This document shows, one piece after another, positions 41,257 to 51,931 of a stretch of 64,000 nt of DNA. The translations under genes and the position numbers were made by a program. The DNA comes from Mytilus californianus (taxonomy: Eukaryota): contig NW_026262679.1 in NCBI RefSeq assembly GCF_021869535.1, forward strand, positions 17,174,001 through 17,238,000, in the 5' to 3' direction. The stretch's first letter is position 1; every line of letters starts with the position of its first letter. The notes beneath the pieces are model-generated. The model made no database searches and was not told the DNA's origin. It was given only the letters and a program-made list of their open reading frames with translations.

Positions 41257-41748
41257 ACAAATTTTTGCACCTCATGTTTGCGGTATACCATCTTCTCCGC
41301 AAGTTTATTGTTTTCTGTTTGGTATTAAATTGATAATTATGATTCATGTTACATCTCGTGATCGATTTATTTGGGAATCGTCAATGGCAGTCAGCAGGGT
41401 TTAAGAACATCAGTTGTTCGACCTGTTAGTCAAATGCGATTTGTTAAAATATACTTTTTACTTTTTTGGTCTTTTGGAAAATGTTGTTTGTGCTGTATTT
41501 AGACCCCTCTACCAAGAAATTTGTTTTACATGCACACGTATAAAAATTGCGGTTTTTATCCAACGCAATCATAGGTTTGAACGTAGTTTTCAATTTAGAC
41601 TTGTTTATATTTTTTCGTTTGGGCTTGTATTATATATTTCCTTCGGGTTTATATGATCCGTTCATCCTATTTCGACTCTTTAAAATTCAAGAGTCTATCC
41701 TAAATTGAGATAAATTATATGGCCTTCCAAATACCGTTTCGATCCCTA

Positions 41749-41792
41749 ACATCACTGAAGAGACATTAATTGTCGAAATCCGGATATGGTGT
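41749..41792 (+). ncRNA. Type I hammerhead ribozyme (536-bp family), tandem copy 2
   Basis: Same 44-nt motif exactly 536 nt downstream of copy 1. Predicted cut after 41786. Confidence 0.92.
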
Positions 41793-42139
41793 ACAAATTT
41801 TTGCGCCTCATGTTTGCGGTATACCATCTTCTCCGCAAGTTTATTGTTTTCTGTTTGGTATTAAATTGATAATTATGATTCATGTTACATCTCGTGATCG
41901 ATTTATTTGGGAATCGTCAATGGCAGTCAGCAGGATTTAAGAACATCAGTTGTTCGACCTGTTAGTCAAATGCGTTTTGTTAAAATATACTTTTCACTTT
42001 TTTGGTCTTTTGGAAAATGTTGTTTGTGTTGTATTTAGACCCCTCTACCAAGAAATTTGTTTTACATGCACACGTATAAAAATTGCGGTTTTTATCCAAC
42101 GCAATCATAGGTTTGAACGTTGTTTTCAATTTAGACTTG

Positions 42140-42300
42140 TATATATATATATATATACAACTCGTCTAAACATCAGCCCAACAATGTAAAATCTGTAAAT
42201 TTGCTTTCGCAAATTTTTTGTTCTTCCCTCGCCGGGATTCGAACTCATGCTACTGACATATCGTGACACCAAATCGCCTGCACTGTATCCGACGCGTCAC
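42140..42300 (-). mobile_element. tRNA-derived SINE-like element with (TA)n tail
   Basis: Minus-strand B-box GAGTTCGAATCCC (42234-42246) in a tRNA-like head, with the 3' end running into (TA)n. Confidence 0.7.
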
Positions 42301-43080
42301 TGCTGGTGATCCGATGGATAAATCTGTTGTAGAGTTGTCACTGCTTTCAGACGTATTTATATATATATATATATAATATATATATATATTTATATATATA
42401 TATATATGATCATGTTTGCTCAAAACTTTTGATAAAATTTGTTAACAGAAAAAAACGTGGAATATGTGTTAATGGGATAGCTACCAATTTATGTCAAGTA
42501 TAAAAAAGATGTTAGCTTAATATAAATAATTTCGAGGTGGTCTTTGATGTCATTTGGTTGCGGCCTAATTGGCATTTAATAATTAAAAAAAAATATCTTA
42601 ATTAATTCATGTTCAAGTTGAACTCTAGATATTTCTTGGTAATTTGTTGCGTTTGGGTGGATGTATGCATTTGAAGGTTAACGGGAGTTTATAAATATCA
42701 AAAATTATCTTCAACAACAGACAAGAATCTAACAAAGTTGTAAATAAATTTCCCAACAGATTATTAAACATTGGTCAGTCAATTCTCTAAAAGATTTAAA
42801 ATTAAAAAGATGGAGAAGATACTAGTAAGATTAAAACACGAATAATTACAACCAATGAAATTTTTCCCTTAATTGTGCCAGGAACATCAACGTGTATTAA
42901 AGTTAAACTGGTATCTTCTCAATTCATTTATGTGGCCAGAATCACTTGTATGGAAGGTTTTGTAAGTTTTTGTGACGTTCGTTTTCTTTATTCTAGTGGT
43001 TTTTTTAGCGTTATTCGTGTTACCAAAACTTTACAAACAGAAATAAGTAAATTGATTTACTAAAAACTAATTGCATATAA

Positions 43081-43935
43081 ATATATATTGTTTTCTGTTT
43101 GGTATTAAATTAATAGTTAAGATCCATCTTGTTACATCTGGTGATCCGTTTATTTGGCAATCGCCAAAGGCAGTCAACAGGGTTTAAGAACATCCGTTGT
43201 TAGACCTGCTAGTCAAATGCGTTTTGTTAAAATATACTTTTTTCACTTTTTTGGTCTTTTGAAAACATGTCTAAATTGAAAACTACGTTTAAACCTATGA
43301 TTGCGTTGGATAAAAACCGCAATTTTTATACGTGTGCATGCAAAACAAATTTCTTGGTAGAGGGGTCTAAATACAGCACAAACAACATTTTCCAAAAGAC
43401 CAAAAAAATGAAAAAATTTATTTTAACAAAACGCATTTGACTAACAGGTCGAACAACGGATGTTCTTCAACCCTGCTGACTGCCATTGGCGATTGCCAAA
43501 TAAACGGATCACAAGATGTAACAAAATGGATCTTTATTATTAATTAAATACCAAACAGAAAACAATAAACTTGCGGAAAAGATGGTATACCGCAAACATG
43601 AGGTGCAAAAATTTGTACACCATATCCGGATTTCGACAATTAATGTCTCTTCAGTGATGTTAGGAATCGAAACGGTATTTTGAAGGCCATATGATTTACC
43701 TTAATTTAGAATAGACTCTTGAATTTTGAAGAGTCGAAATAGGATGAACGGATCATATAAATCCGAAGGCAAATATAATACAAGCCCAAACGAAAAAATA
43801 TAAATAAGTCTAAATTGAAAACAACGTTCAAACCTATGATTGCGTTGGATAAAAACGCAATTTTTATACGTGTGCATGCAAAACAAATTTCTTGGTAGAG
43901 GGGTCTAAATACAACACGAAAAACATTTATATATA
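43081..43935 (-). mobile_element. Inverted insertion of the 536-bp family: forward fragment 43081-43262 joined to ~1.2 reverse units 43270-43925
   Basis: Direct sequence match to the 41-kb array in both orientations, with short TA runs at both ends. Confidence 0.85.
43617..43660 (-). ncRNA. Type I hammerhead ribozyme (536-bp family), inverted copy
   Basis: The reverse complement is identical to the other three 44-mers. Confidence 0.9.
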
Positions 43936-44106
43936 TATGACATAGTTTTTGTTGTTTGTTTGTTTGTTTGTTTATTTTACCGTTTAGTTATAGTGGAGCT
44001 TATGTTTAGACAAACGATTGGAAGCGATTCACAAGAGGAAGAGAAGTATAGAAACAATAGTGCTAGAGGAATTAAACATTGAAAACAACACGTTATACAT
44101 TTTATG

Positions 44107-44146
44107 CGTCCGAATCGCTTTTCTGGATTGACCTTCAGCAGGAACG
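44107..44146 (-). ncRNA. Hammerhead motif of the 334-bp family, core-mutated (CTGCTGA)
   Basis: Minus strand reads CGTTC-CTGCTGA-AGGTCAATCCA-GAAA-AGCGAT-TC-GGACG. Confidence 0.7.
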
Positions 44147-44440
44147 CTCAAAGCCGAATATTTGAAAGCCAAAGATGTATAAGAACCTAAACAGTTGAAG
44201 AGCTATATGACCAAAAAGGACCTAAAAAAATAGCCAAATCCGTCTAAGGTCAATTTTGCCTGAAGGAGTTAAAACCTTAGTTTCTAATAATTTCGAAATT
44301 TATTAACGAACAATTCTAAAATGCTTTGTATCGAAGTACTGACTACTGAGCTGATAATACCATCGGGGACTGATAGTCCACCAGCAGAGGTATCGACCCA
44401 CTGCTGTAAAAAATGAAAACAACACGTTATAAATTTCATA

Positions 44441-44480
44441 CGTCCGAAGCGCTTTTCTGGATTTACCTGCATCAGGAACG
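44441..44480 (-). ncRNA. Hammerhead motif of the 334-bp family, core-mutated (CTGATGC)
   Basis: Minus strand reads CGTTC-CTGATGC-AGGTAAATCCA-GAAA-AGCGCT-TC-GGACG, with palindromic stem III AAGCGCTT. Confidence 0.72.
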
Positions 44481-44674
44481 CTCAAAGCCAAATATTTGAA
44501 AGCCAAGGATGTATAAGAACCTAAACAGTTGAAGAGCTATATAACCAAAAAGGACCTGAATAAATAGCCAAATCCATCTAAAACTATATTAAGTCTTGGA
44601 AATATAATTTCGTTTGTGTTAATTGAGTGTAATACAAACGCATTATTATTATCAAAACTTGTTATTTTTTTCAG

Positions 44675-44855
44675 TGCTCAAACGATTCAATGTCTCTCGC
44701 TGAGGCCAACCTCCAATTCATTGCCAACAATCCCTTAATGTATGCATCAGTGCAACCGTTAAATGGAGAACCGATTTTTGTTTTGTATCAGACGGAATTA
44801 CAACGACTAGAATTGCATCGTAATTTGACGGAAGTGGTGTTTTATGCTGCATCAA
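44675..44855 (+). CDS. Sema domain exon 10 (CSNDSMSLAEANLQFIANNPLMYASVQPLNGEP...VFYAAS)
   Basis: ttttcag acceptor, A|GTAAG donor, phase 0-1, C..DS..L....L.FI..(H/N)PLM...V.P motif. Confidence 0.95.
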
Positions 44856-45522
44856 GTAAGAAAGTTACTAAATTAATATACCTCAAAGGCTTGGTGGTTA
44901 ACTCACAAAAACAATTAAAGTTTTCCAAAGAGGCAAGACTGAAGCTTGAACGCAAGTGGCACTACTACTGTCTCCAAAATATTTCACAGAAAATGTGTGA
45001 AATTTATAACATCGGTCGATTTGGAATTTTGCTAACATCTATTGTTCATTACTTTTGTCCCGAACATAGTCTTTACAGACAAGAAAATAGATAAAATCAA
45101 GATTTTACTTTTAGTCTATAAGTTTGTCTGGTGTTTTACTCAACTTCTTCTAAACTGTTTGTACAGGCATATCTAATACCATATTTCCAATTCTGCATGT
45201 GCAAGGTATTTAATTTTTAACTTATTTTGGTAAATAGACCAAATCTAATTGGATTAACTGTAATGTATAATTAAAGTCATCATATATAGTAGCTCAATTG
45301 TTAAGCTATGAATAACAGGTCATTCATTAATTTGAGCCTGTGTTTGTTTTTTAAACCAAGTCGAAAATTCCCTAGTTAAGCTTTCACTTGAAAAAGGAAA
45401 TCAATCATTATGTCATGCACATTCTGGACAAGAAAAAGTTCATGATATATATTGTTTGATAGAATATAAATAAAACTTTATTTCATCTGTATATGTATGT
45501 GTGTGTGTGTCTACCTTTATAG

Positions 45523-45632
45523 ATACTGGAAAGGTCTATAAATTGTTTAATAAGGATGGCAAGAGGACATATGTCTCAAGTATATACTCGGTTTCCCTAG
45601 ATCAAGAAGTTATTTGGTCCATAGAACAGCTT
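45523..45632 (+). CDS. Sema domain exon 11 (NTGKVYKLFNKDGKRTYVSSIYSVSLDQEVIWSIEQL)
   Basis: ctttatag acceptor, CTT|GTAAGT donor, phase 1-0, T..G.V.K pattern. Confidence 0.85.
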
Positions 45633-45880
45633 GTAAGTATTATGGTTAGATTGTTAACATTCTAAATATTACCAGCAATTTCATTGTGTTATAAATTATC
45701 CTGTTTCTCATTATTAACAATTTTACTAAAAATGGCACAAACCTTTACCACTTCTATGAGAAACATTTGCTTATAAGTTTTAATTGCATATCATCAAACC
45801 CATAACTGCTTAAATATGCCTATCTGTTGGTCCATTGTGGCCAGCTGTTGGCTTGGTCAGATTAGGTTAACGTGGAAATA

Positions 45881-46262
45881 TTCAACATTCAACATTCAAC
45901 ATTCAAATTATTTTTTTGTTTGTTAAACATCTTTTCTTTCAATTTTTTTTTAATTCGTTTTCAACATTCAACATTCAACATCCAAGATTTAATTTTTCAA
46001 CATTCGATTTCAACATTCAACTTTCGTTTCTAACATTCAACATTCGTTTTCAACATTCAACATTCGATTTCAACATTCAAAAATTTATTTCAAATTTTTT
46101 TTTTTCAACATTCGATTTCAAAATTCAACATTAATTTTTTTTTTAACATTCATCATTCGTTTTCAACATTTAACATTCGTTTTCAACATTCGTTAAAAAT
46201 AATAAAACAAAAAACAAACAAAAAATGTTTAACAAAAACAAATATTTGAATGTTGAATGTTT
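45881..46262. repeat. TTCAACA heptamer-rich low-complexity element with inverted right end
   Basis: Many TTCAACA(TTC) units. The right end TTTGAATGTTGAATGTT is the inverse of the left end. Confidence 0.7.
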
Positions 46263-47482
46263 CATATTGAACCAACTTGACATCCGTGCTGAAAAAAAGG
46301 CATAGGTAAATGATTCTGTATTATTTAGAAAATATGGGTTACGTTTTTAGGGGGTGGGGGTGGCACATTGATAACAAATACATCGGACATAAAATATAAA
46401 ATAACAATTTGTGATATAAGTTAAAATATATGTATAGATAACAAACAGAAAAAGAAAATATCGCTCCCGAGGTCATATCTATAGAACTACCACAGACAAT
46501 GATCAGTAAAAAATCATTCTAGTCCTCTGGATTAGATAATTCTTTGCACACCAAAATTAAGCCACCTTGAAGACTGCAAGTGCCCAATTTTTTTTGATGT
46601 TTTGCGTGATCACAAAACGCTGCTCGTACTTTTTAATGAGTTTCGTTGAACACCAGTCTTAGGTCAAAAGTGTTTTACTACATTGTATATAATAGTTTTA
46701 TTATTTCATATAATAACTCATTCTTAACAATATTTCCATAGTCGTCCTTCCCGTAATTTTATTTGAATTAGCTTTATGAAGTGGTGTCAGTAGTGTAAAA
46801 GACACTCCTTATCCTTCAAGAGCATCTGGGGTCGTCATCGTATATCTGGAAGATTGGTGATGCTGAATCTAAACTTTTATTTGTAAATGTCTATTGATAG
46901 TTGTGTCTTTTCGTCTTTGTTCTTTCAACTATCGTGTTCTCTGTTTTATGTTATTTATAGTTTCTTTGATAAATAATATGATTCTGAAGATAAAATGTAA
47001 ATTATTACGAGGTTTTAGATTTTAAATTATACGGTTATTATGGAAGGCTTAGTGAAAACTCACTATCAAATATGTTTATCCTTTGTTCTAAGAGTAGTTT
47101 TAGGGTTTCAGTTTTACACACGTTATATTGGTACAGTCTAGATTTTTCAACATGTCTATTTTCTTGTTTGACTTACCAAATTTCAACATGTGGTACAAGT
47201 AAAAGTTTGATAACAAAAATAAAGAAGACATAACAAATGAAAACTGTTCAGAAAACCATTTTTCCTATAATGTCTAGCGGTCAATTTAAGAAGCTGAATT
47301 CGTTAAATTTATCAAGGAATTTGCGTTCGTTGTCTGCTAACATGGCGGCAAAGGAAAATTACTTTAACTCAAACTTAAGTCAACGGGAAAACTCTCTATT
47401 ATAATTATAATAATTGTTTTATTTTTATTTTTATACTGTGTTGCTAAGAAATCAACATACCATACATTGTTTTATTTTAAAG

Positions 47483-47676
47483 GAAGGTTCAGTGTACGTA
47501 GGGACGGATACTAAAGTACAACAAATTAATGTTATCAATTGTGAACAGTACCGACTGATAGATTCCTGTGTAAAAGATCCGCATTGTGCTTGGATAAACA
47601 AAACAAAGCTATTACCAGAAACTGAAACCGATCTCAAGTGTCGTGCTCTGACTTATATTAAAGATCACAGTCTCCT
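47483..47676 (+). CDS. Sema end plus PSI domain exon (EGSVYVGTD...CEQYRLIDSCVKDPHCAW...C)
   Basis: ttttaaag acceptor, CT|GTAAGT donor, phase 0-2, +YVG.D and C..Y.....C..DP.CAW PSI motifs. Confidence 0.9.
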
Positions 47677-47974
47677 GTAAGTTGTGGTTTTCAGTTGTGT
47701 AATCAGCGTTTTTATTTATTCAAGATTTCCCATTTACTTTTGTGTTGATTCTATTCAAACATTTTATTTTTCCAATATGTATCGCTATTTAGTTATTTAA
47801 ACTTATGGTACTACATCCTCGATATTTATATGTTGACTGCTCAGTTTGGACTTTTCGCAGACTGCTTACGGTACTTTTATTCAATATCCGTTGAAAGTGT
47901 ACTGACTAATTTCTTAGTCTTGGAAAACATGTTTCATTCACTATAATTCAAATTTGACTTTGAACTAGTTTTAT

Positions 47975-48680
47975 GATGATAATAATAAATACTTTATTTA
48001 AAGAGGGTAAAATCAGTTAGTACAATACTAATCCCCCCTGATGCCCTCTGAATAACTCAAAATATAATAATATAATATATACATATATACATATACATAA
48101 ATACAACTTATTATGCTAAACAAATGATGAAAAACATACAGATTATAAGACTTACTGTTACGTTTCATGAACATATTTCCTAAATGATGTATATGACAAA
48201 TATATGGATTTTTAGACTATGGATAAATTTCTGTGATAATCATTATTTCGTTGGTTTTACATGTGTATATGAACCTGATAATTAGCTTTTTTGTTCTAAA
48301 AACAAGAAATTATGATACATTTGTTTGAACTGTTTTGTCTGTTCTGTCTTTTTTTTTTATTTCTACAGGAATACTGTTCCAAAGGACAGTAACGGACTAT
48401 TGAAATGTATTTTTCATAAAAAAACTTCGTGGACTTGGTATGAAAGACAATTGTTGTCTGATGAACGCAAAGAATATCTTGCGTTGACATTTTGGTTATT
48501 GTTAAGTAATTGACACAGATAATCGGGTACAATACTATTTAAACACTTATACTTTAAGACTCCTTTGTGATATATGATCCTTTTTGAAGAGTTAACCATC
48601 CTAATTGTTTGAATAAAGTTTTTGACGGTGTATTATATGCTTTATTAAGAATGATCCTGGCTGCTTTTTTTTCATCACTA
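47975..48680 (-). mobile_element. CR1/L2-type LINE 3' end
   Basis: Minus strand gives KKAARIILNKAYNTPSKTLFKQLGWL, YKCLNSIVPDYL, YSLRSS and VLWNSIPVEIK, followed by a tail ending in TTTAAATAAAGTATTTATTATTATCATCAT. Confidence 0.85.
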
Positions 48681-50290
48681 TTTGAGCTGTACTTTGTACA
48701 TATCTTGTATTCTTTTTTGATCTTTTGACCTTTTTTATTTTATTATGTGTTTAGTACTAATCTGATAGGTCAAGTCGTTTTCAACTGATTTTTACAGTTT
48801 GTATAATGTTGTGGTATAACACCAATGTCCAAAGTTAGGGAGAGGATCGAGCGATCGCAAGCTTGTGTATCCCGCCACATTTTGCATGTGCCTGTCCCAA
48901 GCCAACCCCCTATAATCCAGTTGTTGTCGTTTGTCTGCTATATTTGGACTTTTCTTTAATGGTTGTAGTATAGAATGAAGTTCTCAATTACCTGGATGTG
49001 GAAATCTGGTATCTAACTATTATCGTGTGTGTCACTGGCTTTTGGCAACATGGTTTCACGCAAAACAGTAGTCAGGGCTTGTCAATTGGGATGTACAAAA
49101 TTACTATCGTTATACATTTCCATTCATAAAATAAAACTGTTTGCATTAAACTTTATAGGAATTTGTTAAATATGATTTCCTTTGAAAGAATAAGTATATT
49201 CAGAGGTATATCATCAAGTTATTCTTTGCACAAAACATCTATGGCTCATTAAAAAAAATACGAAAAAATCTTTATGTACGAGTTAAACATTTTAGAGTAA
49301 CCTACGATCAATTTTCATATTTTTTTTTGTAATAAGAATCCCTGACCTTCATACAAATCAATGTAGTCCTCCGGATTACATACATTTTGTACAAAATAAA
49401 CTCCCAAGCCATATCGAAGACTCTAACGATGAGATTTTCTTGAACAATTTAAAATCAATTGATGAGTCTGACAGTGTTAATATTATATATGCGAATGTTA
49501 AAATAGTTTAGTAGAAGATTTGAGAGAGAAATTTATACATCCGTTCTACATGAAATATTAACCTATCATCACAAACTAGTGAAAAAAGTGCATGATATGC
49601 CAAAAAATTCTATCGAAAATTTGTTGTCAAAATTATTAATTTGTATCCAACGGTATTACAAAAAAAAAGGAATTTTCTAAGTTAATTATTTTAATACTCT
49701 ATAAAGGTTGATGATATGATAGTGTTTTAGAATGTATTGCATTTATAATCCATTGTGTGTAAATATGTACAAACATTAAATGGTACTCTTATTACGCAGT
49801 CTTCTGCGTCTCCGTTTTTCAAAAAACATATCTAAAAAAATGTTATATTGTTATTCATTATATGTAGTCAAATAATTATAGAATAACTAATCTAAGAATT
49901 CAAACAGAGAAAAATATTCAGCAAGGGACCTAACAACACATTAATTGACGAATGCGCATAGTGCATGTGTTAATTATCAGTGTTGTTTGGTCACGAGTTG
50001 AATATTTTTTGATATTTGAATTCTTTTTATTACATTGACATTGTGCTTTTTAATGGAAATAAAGTAGAAAATGCAAGAGACTATACCCTTTTCTACACAT
50101 TCACAATTTGCTTTGATGCAAAGTCTTCGACAACGTCTTGACAACATCTTTTGTTGTATGACGTCAGAGGAGTGAAATTATCGAGTGTATTTCACATGTT
50201 AAATATCGGTTTTTATTCACTCGGAAATAACGATAATTCATTGGAACCAATGTAATAATAAAACATATTTACGTATTCTTTTTTCCAAAG

Positions 50291-50352
50291 AAATAAGGAG
50301 GGAGTTTACACCCACATCAATTACAACCTGTCCATGGATACTTCGTATGTTG
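50291..50352 (+). CDS. Candidate linker exon between PSI and FN3 (NKEGVYTHINYNLSMDTSYV-G)
   Basis: Pyrimidine tract with AAG acceptor and G|GTACGT donor. It is the best phase 2-to-1 bridge I found, but it has no recognisable motif. Confidence 0.4.
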
Positions 50353-50699
50353 GTACGTATTTACATTGGGCAACTAAAACATTACCATTTTTTTCAATTT
50401 ATGTAATAATGTATTTTATTTTAATCTGTCATTGCATTTGTTTTGCTTAATGCGTTTTTAGTTATATATCTTCAAGATTTTTTCGATGTTTGTGCCTGTG
50501 TTCTTTTTATTTTGTATATAAAGTTATCGTTCAAGAGATCAAATGTACTGATGCTATTCCCACGTTTGATCAGTTGCAGTATTTATGTCTTGTAATTTGA
50601 CGTTATTACATTTGGGGTTTCAAAAGGATTTAAGTTGTTAATTGTTAGGGATTAAATTAAGGTTAAATTGATTAAGTCAGAATGACTACCGGACTGGTA

Positions 50700-51240
50700 A
50701 CGCGATGCTATAAAACCTGATTTAATCCACTTCTTGTGTCTAGTGTCTCCATAAAAAAAAACAAGTATAAAACCAGGCGTAGTTCATTTCCGTTCTGTGA
50801 AAATTGACTCCACCCAACAGGCAAAATAATATCTGGCTAATTCATTTACTTCATGTGGAAGGTTTGTCACCTAAACCCAGTGACCAAATCATCAGAATAA
50901 AACCTGCTTTATCCATTTACTTACTGTGTCTGGAATGTTTATCTACCAAACCACCAGTATGAAACCTGGTTTATCCACTAACTTCCTGTGATTGGAAAGT
51001 TTCTCTACCCAACAACCAGTATGAAACCTGGTTTATCCAATTACGGCTCTTGGAAATTTTCTCCATCAATCCAGCAGTATAAAAACCTGATTAATCCACC
51101 ATCTTCCTGTAGAAAATGTTTCAACCAAACCAACGGTATAAAACATGATAAATACATCGAAACAGCAATACAAAACCTAGATTTATTCACCTATTTCCTG
51201 TTGAAAGTGTCTCATCAAAACATCTGTATAAAAGAGTATC
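50700..51240 (+). repeat. Degenerate ~60-bp minisatellite
   Basis: CAGTAT(G/A)AAACCTG(G/A)TTTATCCA recurs at about 60-bp spacing (near 50895, 50955, 51017, 51076 and 51135). Confidence 0.7.
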
Positions 51241-51318
51241 GCTATATAGACTACGGATTGTTTATATAATAACTGTATATCTTTAAAATATATGTAAATT
51301 AGTATTTTATTTGAATAG

Positions 51319-51621
51319 GTCCTCCAGACAAACCAAAATATTTGCAAGTCATTAAGACAACGATAGACAAAATCGATCTCCGATGGTTACCAGGATACAA
51401 TGGAGGATACGATCAAACGTTTGTTTTTGAGTATCAGATTGAAAGTGCAAGTTCATGGAGTGTACAAGAGTATAATCCAGACGTCAGTGATAAAAGTATA
51501 CAAACTTATCAAATCACTGGACTTGCAAGCGGGAAAGTATATGCAATAAGGATGTGTGCAAAGAACAGTATTGGTAGCAGTCCACATACAGCTTCCATTT
51601 CCGTATCGACAGCAATCACAG
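51319..51621 (+). CDS. Fibronectin type III domain exon
   Basis: gaatag acceptor, G|GTATAA donor, 303 nt, phase 1-1. Translates GPPDKP...LRWLPGYNGGYDQTF...Y.ITGL.SGKVY.IRMCAKNSIGSS. Confidence 0.92.
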
Positions 51622-51931
51622 GTATAAGTTTTGTCTCCATCGTGTTGACCTACTTCTAGTAATTGTTAATGCTATTGTTGAATGCTCTCAACTATGTTGA
51701 TCTCTGGGTGTTTTTGAGGTTTGTGTGTCATTGGGTGGCTGTCTGGTTGACCTATACACAAAACCTCTTTTCAATTCATACCTTAATTATGTTTAAAAGT
51801 TGCAACAAAAAAATATATAGATGTAACAGGTCATCAATATTCATTTTACTCTTTGATACGTGCTTTATTTTAGAAATATATTACATATTTTAACATGTTC
51901 ATTACGTAAAGATATTTACTTTTTTTTTCAG

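Larger units (their letters stand above)
40981..42140 (+). mobile_element. Tandem array of a 536-bp hammerhead-containing unit (~2.2 copies), non-LTR retrozyme-like
   Basis: The landmark AAATTTGTTTTACATGCACACG recurs at 40981, 41517 and 42053. Each full unit has one hammerhead, and the array ends in (TA)n. Confidence 0.88.
44081..44580 (-). mobile_element. Tandem 334-bp hammerhead-containing unit (~1.5 copies), second retrozyme-like family
   Basis: GAAAACAACACGTTATA recurs at 44081 and 44415, and the hammerhead motifs are 334 nt apart. Confidence 0.8.

Noticed and set aside
40981-42140. CRISPR-like or coding interpretation of the tandem array (duplicated ORFs at 41414 and 41950)
   Set aside because: The units are whole 536-bp repeats without spacers in a eukaryotic intron. 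The ORFs are incidental and end differently.
48370-48513. Plus-strand phase-2 frame after the PSI exon that looked like an Ig start (NTVPKDSNGLLKCIF...W)
   Set aside because: It is the antisense of a CR1/L2 RT C-terminus and ends in a stop with no good donor.
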